Assembly (NCBI GenBank): GCA_049611865.1
Contig: JBMZAY010000010.1
Location: 20,354-84,353, forward strand
Source: Crocinitomicaceae bacterium
GTDB lineage: Bacteria > Bacteroidota > Bacteroidia > Flavobacteriales_D > Crocinitomicaceae
Length of the DNA stretch: 64,000 nucleotides
Direction: 5' to 3'
Positions 48,801 to 58,278 of the stretch are shown one piece after another. Position 1 is the stretch's first letter; each line of letters opens with the position of its first letter. Below the pieces are notes generated by a model. That model was not told where the DNA came from, did not search any database, and worked only from the letters and a program-made list of their open reading frames with translations. A program made the translations under genes and the position numbers.

Positions 48801-49354
48801 AAGATTTAATGGGTACAGCTGATGTTGCTGCAATCTTCACAAATACTTCATTGTATTTCGCAAACCCTAAAAACCCATTAGCGGACACCACATTCTTCTG
48901 GAATCTGGACACACTGAATACTGATTATTGGGTGACTGATGATTATTTCTTAGCACCAGACACGGTTTATAAGGCTAAAGGTGAATCATACGAAGTTGTG
49001 GTTTGTTTAACTGCTTTCAACAAGAATGGCTGTCAGGATACAGAGTGTAAAACACTGACCATTTTCGAACCGATCTCATTAACAAATGTCAATATCTTCA
49101 GTCCGAACGGGGATGGTGTCAATGACGAATTCAGATTTGATTTCTACGCGAAGTCAATCTCCGAATTCAGTTGTGTCATCGTAAACCGATGGGGAATCCA
49201 AGTAGGTGAAATTAATGACATAAACGATGGTTGGGATGGTACCGATATGAATGGTGATCCGTGCACAGATGGTGTATATTTCTATACGTATCGAGCAATC
49301 TCAGATAACAGCACCGTGTTGGAAGGTCAGGGTACTGTGACCATATCTAAATAG
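45875..49354 (+). CDS. Large T9SS cargo: choice-of-anchor L domain, Calx-beta-like domain, SprB-like repeats, PKD-like domain, type B CTD
   Basis: FNYIFGSEEY..FNDVFGFFISG, YTIGGSAINGVDY, at least five G.Y...(I/V).D..GC repeats, NIFSPNGDGVNDEF..VNRWG..GWDG. Confidence 0.88.
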   Translation: MRFLKLATFTVMAIAANQGLSQITVTNTQTPEELVNDVLVGEGVIVSNIEFNHSVPLAGVVQTMAGYFDASGTDFPIEEGLILASGHVRLAEGPNDTGGATDNEGVAVDPNDIDLDAIGTATINNEAVLEFDFIPSGDSVVFNYIFGSEEYLEFVDAGFNDVFGFFISGPGFTGPYEFGAENIATIPGTAIPVTIDNLNDEDYPEYYVNNDGGTAVQYDGYTTVLTASASVECGETYHIKIAIGDAGDTALDSGVFLEASSFSSNGVTVEITSVLGEEALIEGCDSAQVCFIRPEDSDTVELVVDYTIGGSAINGVDYPLLDETVTFPIGVDTVKKWIVPEDDGLVEGTEDVIITVEIINECGDTITTDATIEIIDPYEIEVTTEDVLIECAEDSVMITFETTGVDPLDIDWSSGGTEVEEWVPGDIEGTTTYTVEVTDVCGESATGTVNVIYDPASDVSITFAETEFTICPGSEVFIDATVIDPYDPTEVTYDWSPSGDITEDITITPDEEGYQVLTVWDGCGFAIDSVLIEFGEVVLDDITVIDAVDCPGVPDATLGSIIVDPDRPDWTYELVGYVDPQDSGIFEDLSGGIDYILTITDEFGCTLDTVITVGLGENEVTAMWEADSLRDVSCFGANDGGAYVYDISGGISEPFNAIWTNELGVFDTETGIADGGDAEIDNLPGGIYTVTITDDFGCAWSYSFEIFEPEELTIDIIFNEPTCNGFSDGSVTVLTSGGNGGETYIMTNEAGDVLNVDNSNTINTVPTGTYFVEVIDENGCTASGSVFLDEPGVIDADLIITQPLCYGLSTGSVTVDTVYNFQGEYDQISYFWAPNPVGENGIGANTINKLGEGEYTLTINDENGCSQVIDFEIEYPDSMYWTELGYHPAYCRLYGYQNGNGEVYASAAGGTGSITYEWMNMETFETNDNTTWGGLNPGTYVIIAEDDNGCEFRDTVVVDSLNPIADFTVTSDELNEDLMGTADVAAIFTNTSLYFANPKNPLADTTFFWNLDTLNTDYWVTDDYFLAPDTVYKAKGESYEVVVCLTAFNKNGCQDTECKTLTIFEPISLTNVNIFSPNGDGVNDEFRFDFYAKSISEFSCVIVNRWGIQVGEINDINDGWDGTDMNGDPCTDGVYFYTYRAISDNSTVLEGQGTVTISK

Positions 49355-49380
49355 AAATAGAAGAAGATAGATTGATACTA

Positions 49381-49414
49381 AACGGCCTCGCTCAATAAGT
49401 GAGGTCGTTTTTTT
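49381..49414 (+). terminator. Intrinsic terminator after the large T9SS gene
   Basis: AACGGCCTCGCT / AGTGAGGTCGTT stem (two G-U pairs) followed by a T run. Confidence 0.75.
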
Positions 49415-49878
49415 GTTGCATTTATATGATTAAAGCTAAAACTTATCTGATCTTCCTCCTGACCAATTTTGGCATTGTATTTTTGTAAGAAAATCTAATC
49501 GGATATACCGATGGGTTCTATCATTGCATGCTGTGTCAATCAAAAACCAAAATGTATCATCGCTTTATTTAAATTGCTACAATAGGTCACTTCGTGGTTC
49601 GGAGGTGGCCCTCATAGACTATCTTGACTCCACAGGTGTTATTGGGTACTTTGAAGTGGCTAGACAGGAAATTTGATTTGATAGGGATTTTAAAATATCG
49701 ATTTTCACTAAAGGATATTATTGTAATTATTTCCCCTGTGAAAATTTGTGCACATTGGTCTAATTCTGACACTGTCACATTTATGATGTGTTTCAAGAAA
49801 TAATGAAAAATACGCTACAGTTCATCTCCTTTTTGAAATGGAGCAAGGAGTCAATGTGATTCTAATCAACTATTAAAT

Positions 49879-50844
49879 TTAGCGCAAAACAACGAGCTTC
49901 GAAACCGCGCTTCCAATTTTCAATAGGTAATTGCCGCTAGCAGTATCGAAAGGTAAAATTACTTTGCAATACTCGTTATTTACAACAGGGACAAGTTCAG
50001 AAAAAATAAGATTTCCATTCATATCTAAGATATTACAAGTTAATTCTTGACGTTCCAAGCTATTAACATAAACCGTAATTTCCTCCTGATTCACCGGATT
50101 AGGAAAAACATACAATTCATTACTTGCAATTACAAATGAGCCATTGACTGCAATAGGTTCAAATATTTCCACTTTACCATCAAAGTCAGTTTGTTTCAGC
50201 CGATAATAAACTACTGATCTAATTTGTGTGGAATCGGTATAATTATAGTATTGTCTTGTGCTAATTGCACCAGCCCCACTAACGAAATGAATTTCTTCCC
50301 ACGCAACACCATCAATACTTTTTTCGATCCAAAAACCCCTATTATTCAGTTCGGATAAGTTTTCCCATTTGAGCTTTACATAACCGTTATCATCTACATA
50401 TCCAGAAAAACAACAGAGCTCAATTGGTAAAACAATAATTCCTCCAATGATGTCACCATCAGCTGCGCTCAAAACCGTTGTTCCGCATATTTTAATAAAG
50501 TTGGACATCCCTCCACCTCCACCGGCAGTCAATGATCCCGTTGGTTGAATAATCACCGCACTTTCACCGCATGGTAAGTCCAGTTTTTTTCCTGTTTGAA
50601 AGGAAAGCTCGCCGTAAACAAAAATAAGAATCGGTCCGCAGGCTGTTAAATCTTAAGTAGATTTAATCGTTACAGTGATGCCCTCGGGAATAACAATTGA
50701 GTCATAACAACCTGGATGTGTATTATCCCAAGTTGAATTATCGTTCCAATCACCATCAGCAACTGCAGTAATGATAGACGCCTGACTGCCAAAAGCAGAC
50801 AACAAAAAGAACAAAAATAAAAGATGTCTTATTCTCCTATACAT
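49879..50844 (-). pseudogene. T9SS type A cargo gene interrupted by one in-frame TAA
   Basis: Continuous frame ..GITVTIKST*DLTACGPILIFVYGELSF..LPIEL..VFPNPV; stop at 50653-50655. It joins track ORFs 50653..50844 and 49879..50556 in one frame. Confidence 0.88.
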
Positions 50845-50966
50845 AGCACTGTATTAACTGTATTAACAGTTTAATCTTCTAACATAGTAATATTCTGATA
50901 ACCAGTTAAAAAACTTCGACCAATCGACAAAACACTACTTCGAATTACTCAATATTACCATTAAAC

Positions 50967-51998
50967 TTATTCGTTAAAATGATTCCATCCCTGCGCCTGC
51001 ATTGGAATTAAGCTTCCGTCTCGTTGAACAATATTTAGACTTCCTCCTTTTTCGGTAAAGTGTCCGATCACTGTCATGTGCTCGCTGTCTTTAATCTTGT
51101 CATAATCAGACTGACGAATCGCAAACAGCAATTCATAATCCTCTCCACCGTTAAGCGCACAAGTGCTTGGGTCTATATTATAATCTCTTGCAACACGATG
51201 TGTTTCCTGATCAATTGGCAATTTCTCATCATAGATTAAGCAACCCATTTCACTGTGTTTGGCCAAATGCATAGTTTCTGAGACAACACCATCAGAAACA
51301 TCAATCATCGCCGATGGAACAACACCTAAATCATGCAAATAGTGAACAACGTCTTTGCGTGCTTCTGGCTTTAATTGTCTTTCGAGAATATAATCTACAC
51401 CGGCTAGATCAGGCTGAATTTCTGGATTTTCTAGGAATATTTGATGCTCTCTTTCTAGCATTTGCAAGCCCATGTAAGCAGCTCCCACATCTCCAGTTAA
51501 TACCAATAAATCATTTTCCTGCGCCCCTTTGCGGTAGGTTATTTTGTCTTTGTCTACACGGCCAATTGCTGTAACAGAAATAAGAAGACCACTCAATGAA
51601 GAGGTTGTGTCTCCTCCGACTAAATCAACTTGATAAAGATCACATGCTTTTTTTATTCCACTGTATATCTCCTCTATTGCCTCTACTGAAAAACGATTGG
51701 AAACAGCTATAGACACTGTAATTTGTTCCGCCTCAGCATTCATCGCATAAATATCGGAAAGATTAACAATAACTGCTTTGTAACCGAGATGTTTTAAAGG
51801 CACATAAGCCAAGTTGAAATGAACACCTTCAACTAACATATCCGTAGAAACAACTTGATACTGATCACCACAATCGATCACCGCTGCATCATCACCAACT
51901 CCAAGAATTGTAGTTTTGTGATTGGTTTTAAAAGTGCTAGTCAATTGATCAATCAAACCAAATTCCCCGAGTTTATCTAATTCTGTCCGTTTTTCCAT
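50967..51998 (-). CDS. thiL: Thiamine-monophosphate kinase
   Basis: GEFGLI, GVGDDAAV, TDMLVEGVHF, NLSDIYAM, VGGDT, IDVSDG, GGEDYELLF. Confidence 0.96.
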   Translation of the reverse strand: MEKRTELDKLGEFGLIDQLTSTFKTNHKTTILGVGDDAAVIDCGDQYQVVSTDMLVEGVHFNLAYVPLKHLGYKAVIVNLSDIYAMNAEAEQITVSIAVSNRFSVEAIEEIYSGIKKACDLYQVDLVGGDTTSSLSGLLISVTAIGRVDKDKITYRKGAQENDLLVLTGDVGAAYMGLQMLEREHQIFLENPEIQPDLAGVDYILERQLKPEARKDVVHYLHDLGVVPSAMIDVSDGVVSETMHLAKHSEMGCLIYDEKLPIDQETHRVARDYNIDPSTCALNGGEDYELLFAIRQSDYDKIKDSEHMTVIGHFTEKGGSLNIVQRDGSLIPMQAQGWNHFNE

Positions 51999-52010
51999 GC
52001 GTTAATTATG

Positions 52011-52054
52011 AAAAAAACGCCTGAAGCATAACTAAATAAAATTGCTACAGGCGT
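52011..52054 (-). terminator. Probable terminator after fumC
   Basis: ACGCCTG-A-AGCA..TGCT-A-CAGGCGT stem; the A run gives a U tract on the minus strand. Confidence 0.55.
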
Positions 52055-52075
52055 CTAAAAGTTTAAAAACGTTAA

Positions 52076-53476
52076 TTACGAATCCAATGATCCAATCATT
52101 TTTGAAGGATCCACCCATTCATCATATTTCTCAGCTGGCACATAACCCAACCGAACTGCCTCTTCTCTTAGCGTTGTTCCGTTTTCATGAGCCGTATTGG
52201 CAATCTCTGCGGCTTTATAGTATCCAATTTTTGTATTAAGTGCTGTCACCAACATCAATGAGTTGTTCAATAGTTCATCAATGCGTTTTTGATTAGGCTC
52301 AATCCCTTTCGCACAGTTCTCATCAAACGAAGCGCAAGCATCACCGATCAATTCTGCTGATTGCAACAAGTTATAAGCCATCATTGGCTTAAATACGTTT
52401 AATTCATAATGCCCTTGAGTGCCTCCAACTGCAATTGCAACATCATTTCCAATTACCTGAGCGCAAACCATTGTCAATGCCTCTGCTTGAGTAGGGTTAA
52501 CCTTACCCGGCATAATTGATGACCCAGGCTCATTTGCTGGAATCGTGATTTCTCCAATTCCAGAGCGAGGTCCAGAAGCCATCAAACGAATATCATTTCC
52601 TATTTTATTCAAAGAAACAGCTAATTGTTTCAGCGCTCCATGCGTTTCAACAATTGCGTCGTGAGCAGCAAGTGCTTCGAACTTATTTTCAGCTGTACGG
52701 AAAGGTAATTTTGTAAATTCAGCGATGTACTTAGCAACTAAAACATCATACCCTTTCGGGGTATTAAGCCCTGTACCAACCGCTGTACCACCCAAGGCTA
52801 ATTCTGATAAATGATCCAACGTGTTGTTCACTGCTTTTAATCCATGATCCAATTGTGAAACATATCCTGAGAATTCCTGTCCAAGCGTCAATGGTGTCGC
52901 ATCCATTAAGTGTGTTCTTCCGATTTTTACAACATCTTTAAAAGCCTCTGACTTTGCCTTTAGTGTATCTCTCAATCGTTCAATGCCAGGAATCGTTTTT
53001 TCGACAATCATTTTGTAACACGCAATGTGCATCCCAGTCGGGAAAGTGTCATTTGACGATTGTGATTTGTTTACATCATCGTTTGGTTGCAAAGTTTTTT
53101 CACCTTCTCCAATTTTATTACCTGCTAATTCATGTCCACGATTTGCAATGACTTCATTTACATTCATGTTCGATTGGGTTCCAGAACCCGTTTGCCAAAT
53201 CACCAATGGAAATTGATCATCTAACTTACCCGCCAATATTTCATCACAAACTTGACCAATTAGGTCTCGTTTTTCTTCAGTTAATACACCCAACTCGCAA
53301 TTTGTGTAAGCAGCTGCCTTCTTTAAGTAAGCAAAACCATATACAACTTCCAACGGCATTGAGCCAGCAGGACCAATCTTAAAATTGTTACGTGATCTCT
53401 CAGTTTGAGCGCCCCAATATTTATCAGCTGGCACTTTTACTTCTCCAATTGTATCTTTTTCTATTCTGAAGCTCAT
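52076..53476 (-). CDS. fumC: Fumarate hydratase class II
   Basis: [32 protein letters not shown], signature [11 protein letters not shown]. Confidence 0.98.
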   Translation of the reverse strand: MSFRIEKDTIGEVKVPADKYWGAQTERSRNNFKIGPAGSMPLEVVYGFAYLKKAAAYTNCELGVLTEEKRDLIGQVCDEILAGKLDDQFPLVIWQTGSGTQSNMNVNEVIANRGHELAGNKIGEGEKTLQPNDDVNKSQSSNDTFPTGMHIACYKMIVEKTIPGIERLRDTLKAKSEAFKDVVKIGRTHLMDATPLTLGQEFSGYVSQLDHGLKAVNNTLDHLSELALGGTAVGTGLNTPKGYDVLVAKYIAEFTKLPFRTAENKFEALAAHDAIVETHGALKQLAVSLNKIGNDIRLMASGPRSGIGEITIPANEPGSSIMPGKVNPTQAEALTMVCAQVIGNDVAIAVGGTQGHYELNVFKPMMAYNLLQSAELIGDACASFDENCAKGIEPNQKRIDELLNNSLMLVTALNTKIGYYKAAEIANTAHENGTTLREEAVRLGYVPAEKYDEWVDPSKMIGSLDS

Positions 53477-53548
53477 TTTTCTTTCTTTTTCTAAGAATTA
53501 ATATTAACTTTACGGCGTAAATTTGATACAAAAATAATACTTAAAATC

Positions 53549-53710
53549 ATGATTGCACTCGGTTTTGCTCTATTTCTTTTAGTTGGTTTGATGGCATTTT
53601 GGACACTTGCTTTTGTTCTTGGATTTGCTGTTCCAATGTGGTTAACAATCGGTGCGATGCACATGTTAAGACCAAAAAGATTAGTAGAAGAGGAAGAAGC
53701 TGAAGCTTAG
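53549..53710 (+). CDS. Small 53-aa membrane protein, missed by the ORF track
   Basis: MIALGFALFLLVGLMAFWTLAFVLGFAVPMWLTIGAMHMLRPKRLVEEEEAEA, with its own TAAATTTG at 53518-53525 and a terminator just downstream. Confidence 0.75.
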   Translation: MIALGFALFLLVGLMAFWTLAFVLGFAVPMWLTIGAMHMLRPKRLVEEEEAEA

Positions 53711-53730
53711 TCCTTCGAAAATATTCATAC

Positions 53731-53764
53731 AAAAAAGACTGCTCAGTTGAGCAGTCTTTTTTTT
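53731..53764. terminator. Bidirectional terminator
   Basis: Perfect 14-bp stem AAAAAAGACTGCTC / GAGCAGTCTTTTTT between convergent genes. Confidence 0.85.
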
Positions 53765-53775
53765 GTTTATCTCTC

Positions 53776-54120
53776 TCAAACTAAATTCAAAACATTTTCT
53801 GGCGGTCTCCCCACAATTGCCTTGTTGCCCTTGATGACAATCGGTCGCTCGATTAATTTTGGATATTTCACCATCGCATCGATCCACTCATCTTCAGACA
53901 ACTCTTTGCCTTTGAAGTTTTCTTTGTAGTCTTTTTCACCTTTTCTTAAAATTGCAGTTGCTGGAACATTTAGTTTTTTCAACAATTCCTGCAAATGAGT
54001 TTTTGACAATGGCTCATCGAGGTACTTTATAATTTCTGGCTCAATTCCATTCTCCGTCAAAAGACTTAGCGCTTGTCTACTTTTCGAACACCTGTTATTG
54101 TGTAATATTTGAACTTTCAT
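53776..54120 (-). CDS. ArsC family reductase (glutaredoxin-type arsenate reductase/YfgD-like)
   Basis: HNNRCSKSR, ILRKGE, PKLIERPIV, GRP. Confidence 0.88.
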   Translation of the reverse strand: MKVQILHNNRCSKSRQALSLLTENGIEPEIIKYLDEPLSKTHLQELLKKLNVPATAILRKGEKDYKENFKGKELSEDEWIDAMVKYPKLIERPIVIKGNKAIVGRPPENVLNLV

Positions 54121-54285
54121 ATTTATTATTTCTTATTATATTTCTAAAAATTAAAACATGATCGATATCTGTTTAGTCATAATTCGTAGGCTTATATCGA
54201 GCATTGGTCTAAAATTAATTGGTTTTAAGATAATATCCACAACGGTTTAGTGAGATTCTCCGTTTATAATATTAAACACCCACAC

Positions 54286-55779
54286 ATGAAGAAACTACAC
54301 ACATTACTTTTATTCGTTGCTTTTACCTTAACCGGTATTTCGCAAGAAGCAGAACCAAACGCTCCGGTAAGCAACTACCTGACAAACAATCCAAATTTCA
54401 CTAAACTATCAAAGACAGCTGTTGATACTTGTGGCCCATACTTCAATAATTATGTAGGTTTATCCAAAACTTCAAACCTTTTCTTTGAAGAATTAAGAAC
54501 GGGGGATGGTTCTGACTTCACCCCTTACTCAGGAAGAGCACAACGTTTTCATGCCAATCAACCCATTGAAGTAAGCGGAATGCAGTTTTATAGCTTCCAA
54601 ACCAATGAGACATTAGACTCCTTACCTGTTGTTACTGTATTATACGATTATGATGAGGCACTTGATTCAATTGGAGTTGAAATGGCTAGGGATACGGTAT
54701 GGGTATTACACACTGAATTTACACCCTTATTGCCAGACCTTGAAGTGAACAGCTTTTTTGATGAGCCGGTGTTGGTTACTGAAGACTATGTAGTTGCACT
54801 TTATACCTACACAAATGATTCTCTAAAAATCATTACAAATGATCCGGGTGGTGATGGAGACGGTGAAGGTGTTTCATTTGCTTATTATGAAAATCCAGCA
54901 GCTCCAAGTTTTACAGGTTGGTATGCTACTTTACCGGTATTTGGACCTGCTTATGATATCGATTACTTGATTAACCCGCGCGTTGAATTTCAATTACACG
55001 ATGGCTTCACCTTGACAGGCGATGAAGTTTGCCCAAATATTGTGAGCGCCACTTGTGTTGAATATGTGCAAGTTCCTAATTTCTCTGACCGTCACTATAA
55101 CGGCAACTGGGATGATCCTTTACAAGATATTCGTTGGGATTGGGGAGATGGCTTCCAAAATGATGACTTAGCTTCTTTATGTCATACCTATGAAGCTTCA
55201 GGATCGTTTACAACAACACTAATTGATACTTTAAGACGCTATGTCTTCGCCGATTCTTCATGCGCAGTTGAAGTGACTCAAAATGTACTTGTATTAGATT
55301 CAACGATTGCAGCTGGAAGCTTCACTAGCACTGGTTTGACTGCTGAATTTATGGGTACACCTACCAACGAAGACTCTGTTTTCTGGGACTTTGGAGACGG
55401 ATCTCCTGGGTCCACTGACATGAATCCTTCACATGGTTATACAGAGTTGGGAGCATACAATGTTTGGTTTTACGCCTATGGACCTTGTAATACTGACTCT
55501 ATCGAATTCGTAGTAGATATAACTGATGCTAGCATCGGAGAATTAGAATCTAAAATTGAAGTATATCCAAATCCTGCAAATGCACATGTTACAGTAAGCG
55601 GTGTTGTTCCAGGTACAATGATCAGAATTGTTAACCTTTTGGGACAAGAAGTTGGTCGAGTAAATGCAAACGGAACAGTTGAAGAATTAAATACTGGAGG
55701 CTTTGCTCCTGGTACTTATTTTGTAAATCTGGTATTAGATGGACAAACGATAACCAAAAAACTAATAGTCAAACATTAA
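54286..55779 (+). CDS. T9SS type A cargo with an unrecognised N-terminal domain and two PKD domains
   Basis: Signal peptide, WDWGDG..CHTY, FWDFGDG..HGY, VYPNPAN..NLLGQEV..GTYFV. Confidence 0.85.
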   Translation: MKKLHTLLLFVAFTLTGISQEAEPNAPVSNYLTNNPNFTKLSKTAVDTCGPYFNNYVGLSKTSNLFFEELRTGDGSDFTPYSGRAQRFHANQPIEVSGMQFYSFQTNETLDSLPVVTVLYDYDEALDSIGVEMARDTVWVLHTEFTPLLPDLEVNSFFDEPVLVTEDYVVALYTYTNDSLKIITNDPGGDGDGEGVSFAYYENPAAPSFTGWYATLPVFGPAYDIDYLINPRVEFQLHDGFTLTGDEVCPNIVSATCVEYVQVPNFSDRHYNGNWDDPLQDIRWDWGDGFQNDDLASLCHTYEASGSFTTTLIDTLRRYVFADSSCAVEVTQNVLVLDSTIAAGSFTSTGLTAEFMGTPTNEDSVFWDFGDGSPGSTDMNPSHGYTELGAYNVWFYAYGPCNTDSIEFVVDITDASIGELESKIEVYPNPANAHVTVSGVVPGTMIRIVNLLGQEVGRVNANGTVEELNTGGFAPGTYFVNLVLDGQTITKKLIVKH

Positions 55780-55801
55780 TGCTTCCATGAAAAGCACTTT
55801 A

Positions 55802-55833
55802 GCGCCGTCGGATCAACTTCGACGGCGTTTTTT
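55802..55833 (+). terminator. Intrinsic terminator
   Basis: CGCCGTCG / CGACGGCG stem followed by a T run. Confidence 0.75.
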
Positions 55834-55852
55834 ATTTTAACTTTGTAGAACC

Positions 55853-56764
55853 ATGGCGAGCAAAAGGTTGAAAAATCCTGTTTTTCTGATTTACGTCCTT
55901 GTAATCTACATCACGCTTCAATTTAGCTGGTGGCTCTATCTGATTTATAGCCTCTACACTGAAACGTACAAAGACGCTGCAACGTTAAAAAGCAAAACAT
56001 TGATGCTGATCGGTGAAGGAAGTGTGTTTATGATCATTTTGTTGATTGGTGTTTATTTCATAGTAAGAAGTTATCGTAGAGAGAGAGATTTGATCAAACA
56101 ACAAGAGAACTTTATTCTCTCCGTTAGTCATGAGTTAAAAACACCAATTGCTTCCGTAAAGCTATTTCTTCAAACATTAAAAAAACGTGCATTAAACGAA
56201 GAGAAAAAAGAAGAAATTTATGAGCGTTCGCTTACTGAAATGAATCGACTCAATGACTTGGTGAACAATATCCTATTAACACGTTCAATTGAAAATGATA
56301 ATTATTTTATTGATCGGCAACCAGCTGAATTGAGTGCTTTTATTAGAGATCGAGTAGAGGTTTTAGAAAAGACCATTTTAAAAGCACATCAGGTCGAATT
56401 CGAACTAACCCCTGTCTCATTTCCAATTGATCTGATAGGTTTTGAACGCGTATTAGTTAACTTGCTCGAAAATGCCGCAAAATACAGCCCTGCTGGATCT
56501 ATTATCACCATTTTTTTGAAAGAGGAATTGAAACATATATCGCTGGAGATTAAGGACCAAGGAATTGGTTTGCCAGAAGATAAGCGCGATAAAGTGTTTC
56601 AAAAATTCTATCGTGAGGAAAATGAAATGACGCGTAAATCAAAAGGAACTGGACTAGGACTTTACATCACAAGATATTTGATAGAACAACACAATGGAGA
56701 GATTCGCTTTCGGGAGAATAAACCAAAAGGGTTGATTGCAGAAATAAGATTATTTAAAAAATGA
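55853..56764 (+). CDS. Membrane sensor histidine kinase (no adjacent response regulator)
   Basis: Two TM helices, H-box SHELKTP, N-box NLLENAAKY, DQGIG, GTGLGL. Confidence 0.93.
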   Translation: MASKRLKNPVFLIYVLVIYITLQFSWWLYLIYSLYTETYKDAATLKSKTLMLIGEGSVFMIILLIGVYFIVRSYRRERDLIKQQENFILSVSHELKTPIASVKLFLQTLKKRALNEEKKEEIYERSLTEMNRLNDLVNNILLTRSIENDNYFIDRQPAELSAFIRDRVEVLEKTILKAHQVEFELTPVSFPIDLIGFERVLVNLLENAAKYSPAGSIITIFLKEELKHISLEIKDQGIGLPEDKRDKVFQKFYREENEMTRKSKGTGLGLYITRYLIEQHNGEIRFRENKPKGLIAEIRLFKK

Positions 56765-58278
56765 AAAAAGTAGCCTTGCTAATACTAGATGGCTGGGGTC
56801 ATGGAGACCATAGCAAATCTGATGGAATTTATCATGCCAAAACTCCTTTTATGGATGGTTTGGAAAAGGAATCTGCCAATGCAGAATTGCTAACTCATGG
56901 TGAGCATGTTGGTTTGCCTGAAGGGCAAATGGGAAATTCAGAGGTTGGTCACCTAAACGTCGGAGCTGGGCGTATCGTTTATCAGGAATTAACACGCATT
57001 AATAAATCAATCAAAGATGGCGAATTTCAAAACAATCAAGTTTTGATTGAAGCTTATCGACTTGCAAAAGAAAAGAGTAAAGCAGTTCACCTCATCGGCT
57101 TGGTATCTGATGGCGGCGTACACGCTTCAGCAGAACACTTATATGCTTTATGTGATCTAGCCAAAGACCAGGGTTTAGCGGATGTTTTTATTCATGCATT
57201 CACAGATGGACGTGATTGTAATCCCACGACGGGAGCAGGTCATATTGTTGCTTTAGAAAAACATTTACAGAATAGCGTTGGCAAAATTGCGACCATTTCC
57301 GGGCGGTATTATGCAATGGATCGGGATAATCGATGGGAACGCATACAACTAGCCTATGATGCCATGGTAAACGGAAAAGGAGTTGAAGCAATATCAGCTG
57401 AAGAAGCGATAAAGAATTCATACGGTACAGAAGCCACTGATGAGTTTATTAAACCCGTTGTTTTAAAAGAAAACGGACGACCAATTGCACAAATTAAAGC
57501 GGGTGATATCGTGATCTGTTTTAATTTCCGAACGGATCGTTGTCGTGAAATCAGTATAGCGTTAACTCAAAAAGACATCCCTGAACACAGTATGCGGTCA
57601 CTTGATCTGCATTATGTTACCATGTCCAATTATGACAAGACCTTTAAAAATGTTCACGTTGTTTTTGAAAAAGAAAATTTAAAAAACACATTAGGCGAAG
57701 TCGTTGCTCGTGAGGGTTTCAATCAGATACGCATTGCGGAAACAGAAAAATATCCGCATGTTAGTTTCTTTTTCTCGGGTGGCCAAGAGCAGGAGTTTCG
57801 TGGAGAAAAGCGAATCCTTATACCCTCTCCATCCGTTGCCACATATGATTTAAAACCAGAGATGAGTGCGCTTGAAATTAGAGACGCCATTTGCGAGGAA
57901 ATGAAAACCAATCAACCAGAATTTATTTGCTTAAACTTTGCGAATACTGATATGGTTGGGCATACAGGAGTTTATGAAGCAATCTTAACAGCTGCCGAAA
58001 CGGTAGATGGCTGTGTTGAAGAAGTTGTTAAGACTGGCCAGTCATTGGATTATTCCTTCATCATTATTGCGGATCACGGAAATTCCGATTATGCAATCAA
58101 CCCTGATGGGAGTCCAAACACAGCTCACTCCATGAATCCTGTGCCAGTCATAGTCCTGGATAAAGATGTAAAGCAAGTCAAAAATGGAACTTTAAGAGAT
58201 GTTGCACCTACAATTCTTGATTTAATGCAGATTCAACAACCTTCAGAAATGACCGGGAGTAGTTTAATAAATCGCTAG
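56761..58278 (+). CDS. gpmI: 2,3-bisphosphoglycerate-independent phosphoglycerate mutase
   Basis: LILDGWG, QMGNSEVGH, SDGGVH, FTDGRD, AETEKYPHV, DMVGHTG, ADHGN. Confidence 0.98.
   Translation: MKKVALLILDGWGHGDHSKSDGIYHAKTPFMDGLEKESANAELLTHGEHVGLPEGQMGNSEVGHLNVGAGRIVYQELTRINKSIKDGEFQNNQVLIEAYRLAKEKSKAVHLIGLVSDGGVHASAEHLYALCDLAKDQGLADVFIHAFTDGRDCNPTTGAGHIVALEKHLQNSVGKIATISGRYYAMDRDNRWERIQLAYDAMVNGKGVEAISAEEAIKNSYGTEATDEFIKPVVLKENGRPIAQIKAGDIVICFNFRTDRCREISIALTQKDIPEHSMRSLDLHYVTMSNYDKTFKNVHVVFEKENLKNTLGEVVAREGFNQIRIAETEKYPHVSFFFSGGQEQEFRGEKRILIPSPSVATYDLKPEMSALEIRDAICEEMKTNQPEFICLNFANTDMVGHTGVYEAILTAAETVDGCVEEVVKTGQSLDYSFIIIADHGNSDYAINPDGSPNTAHSMNPVPVIVLDKDVKQVKNGTLRDVAPTILDLMQIQQPSEMTGSSLINR

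Noticed and set aside
50653-50655. Stop-codon recoding or an alternative genetic code at the in-frame TAA
   Set aside because: TAA terminates many intact genes in this window, and no recoding signal is apparent.
50849-50871. Short ACTGTATTA direct repeat with a small inverted repeat upstream of the nonsense-bearing gene
   Set aside because: Too short and seen only once; cannot be supported as an operator.
58275-58278. 4-bp convergent overlaps (gpmI/tsaB, engB/gldC) and the 1-bp gap at 16302
   Set aside because: Common in compact genomes, and both partners are full length, unlike the globin/icd case.
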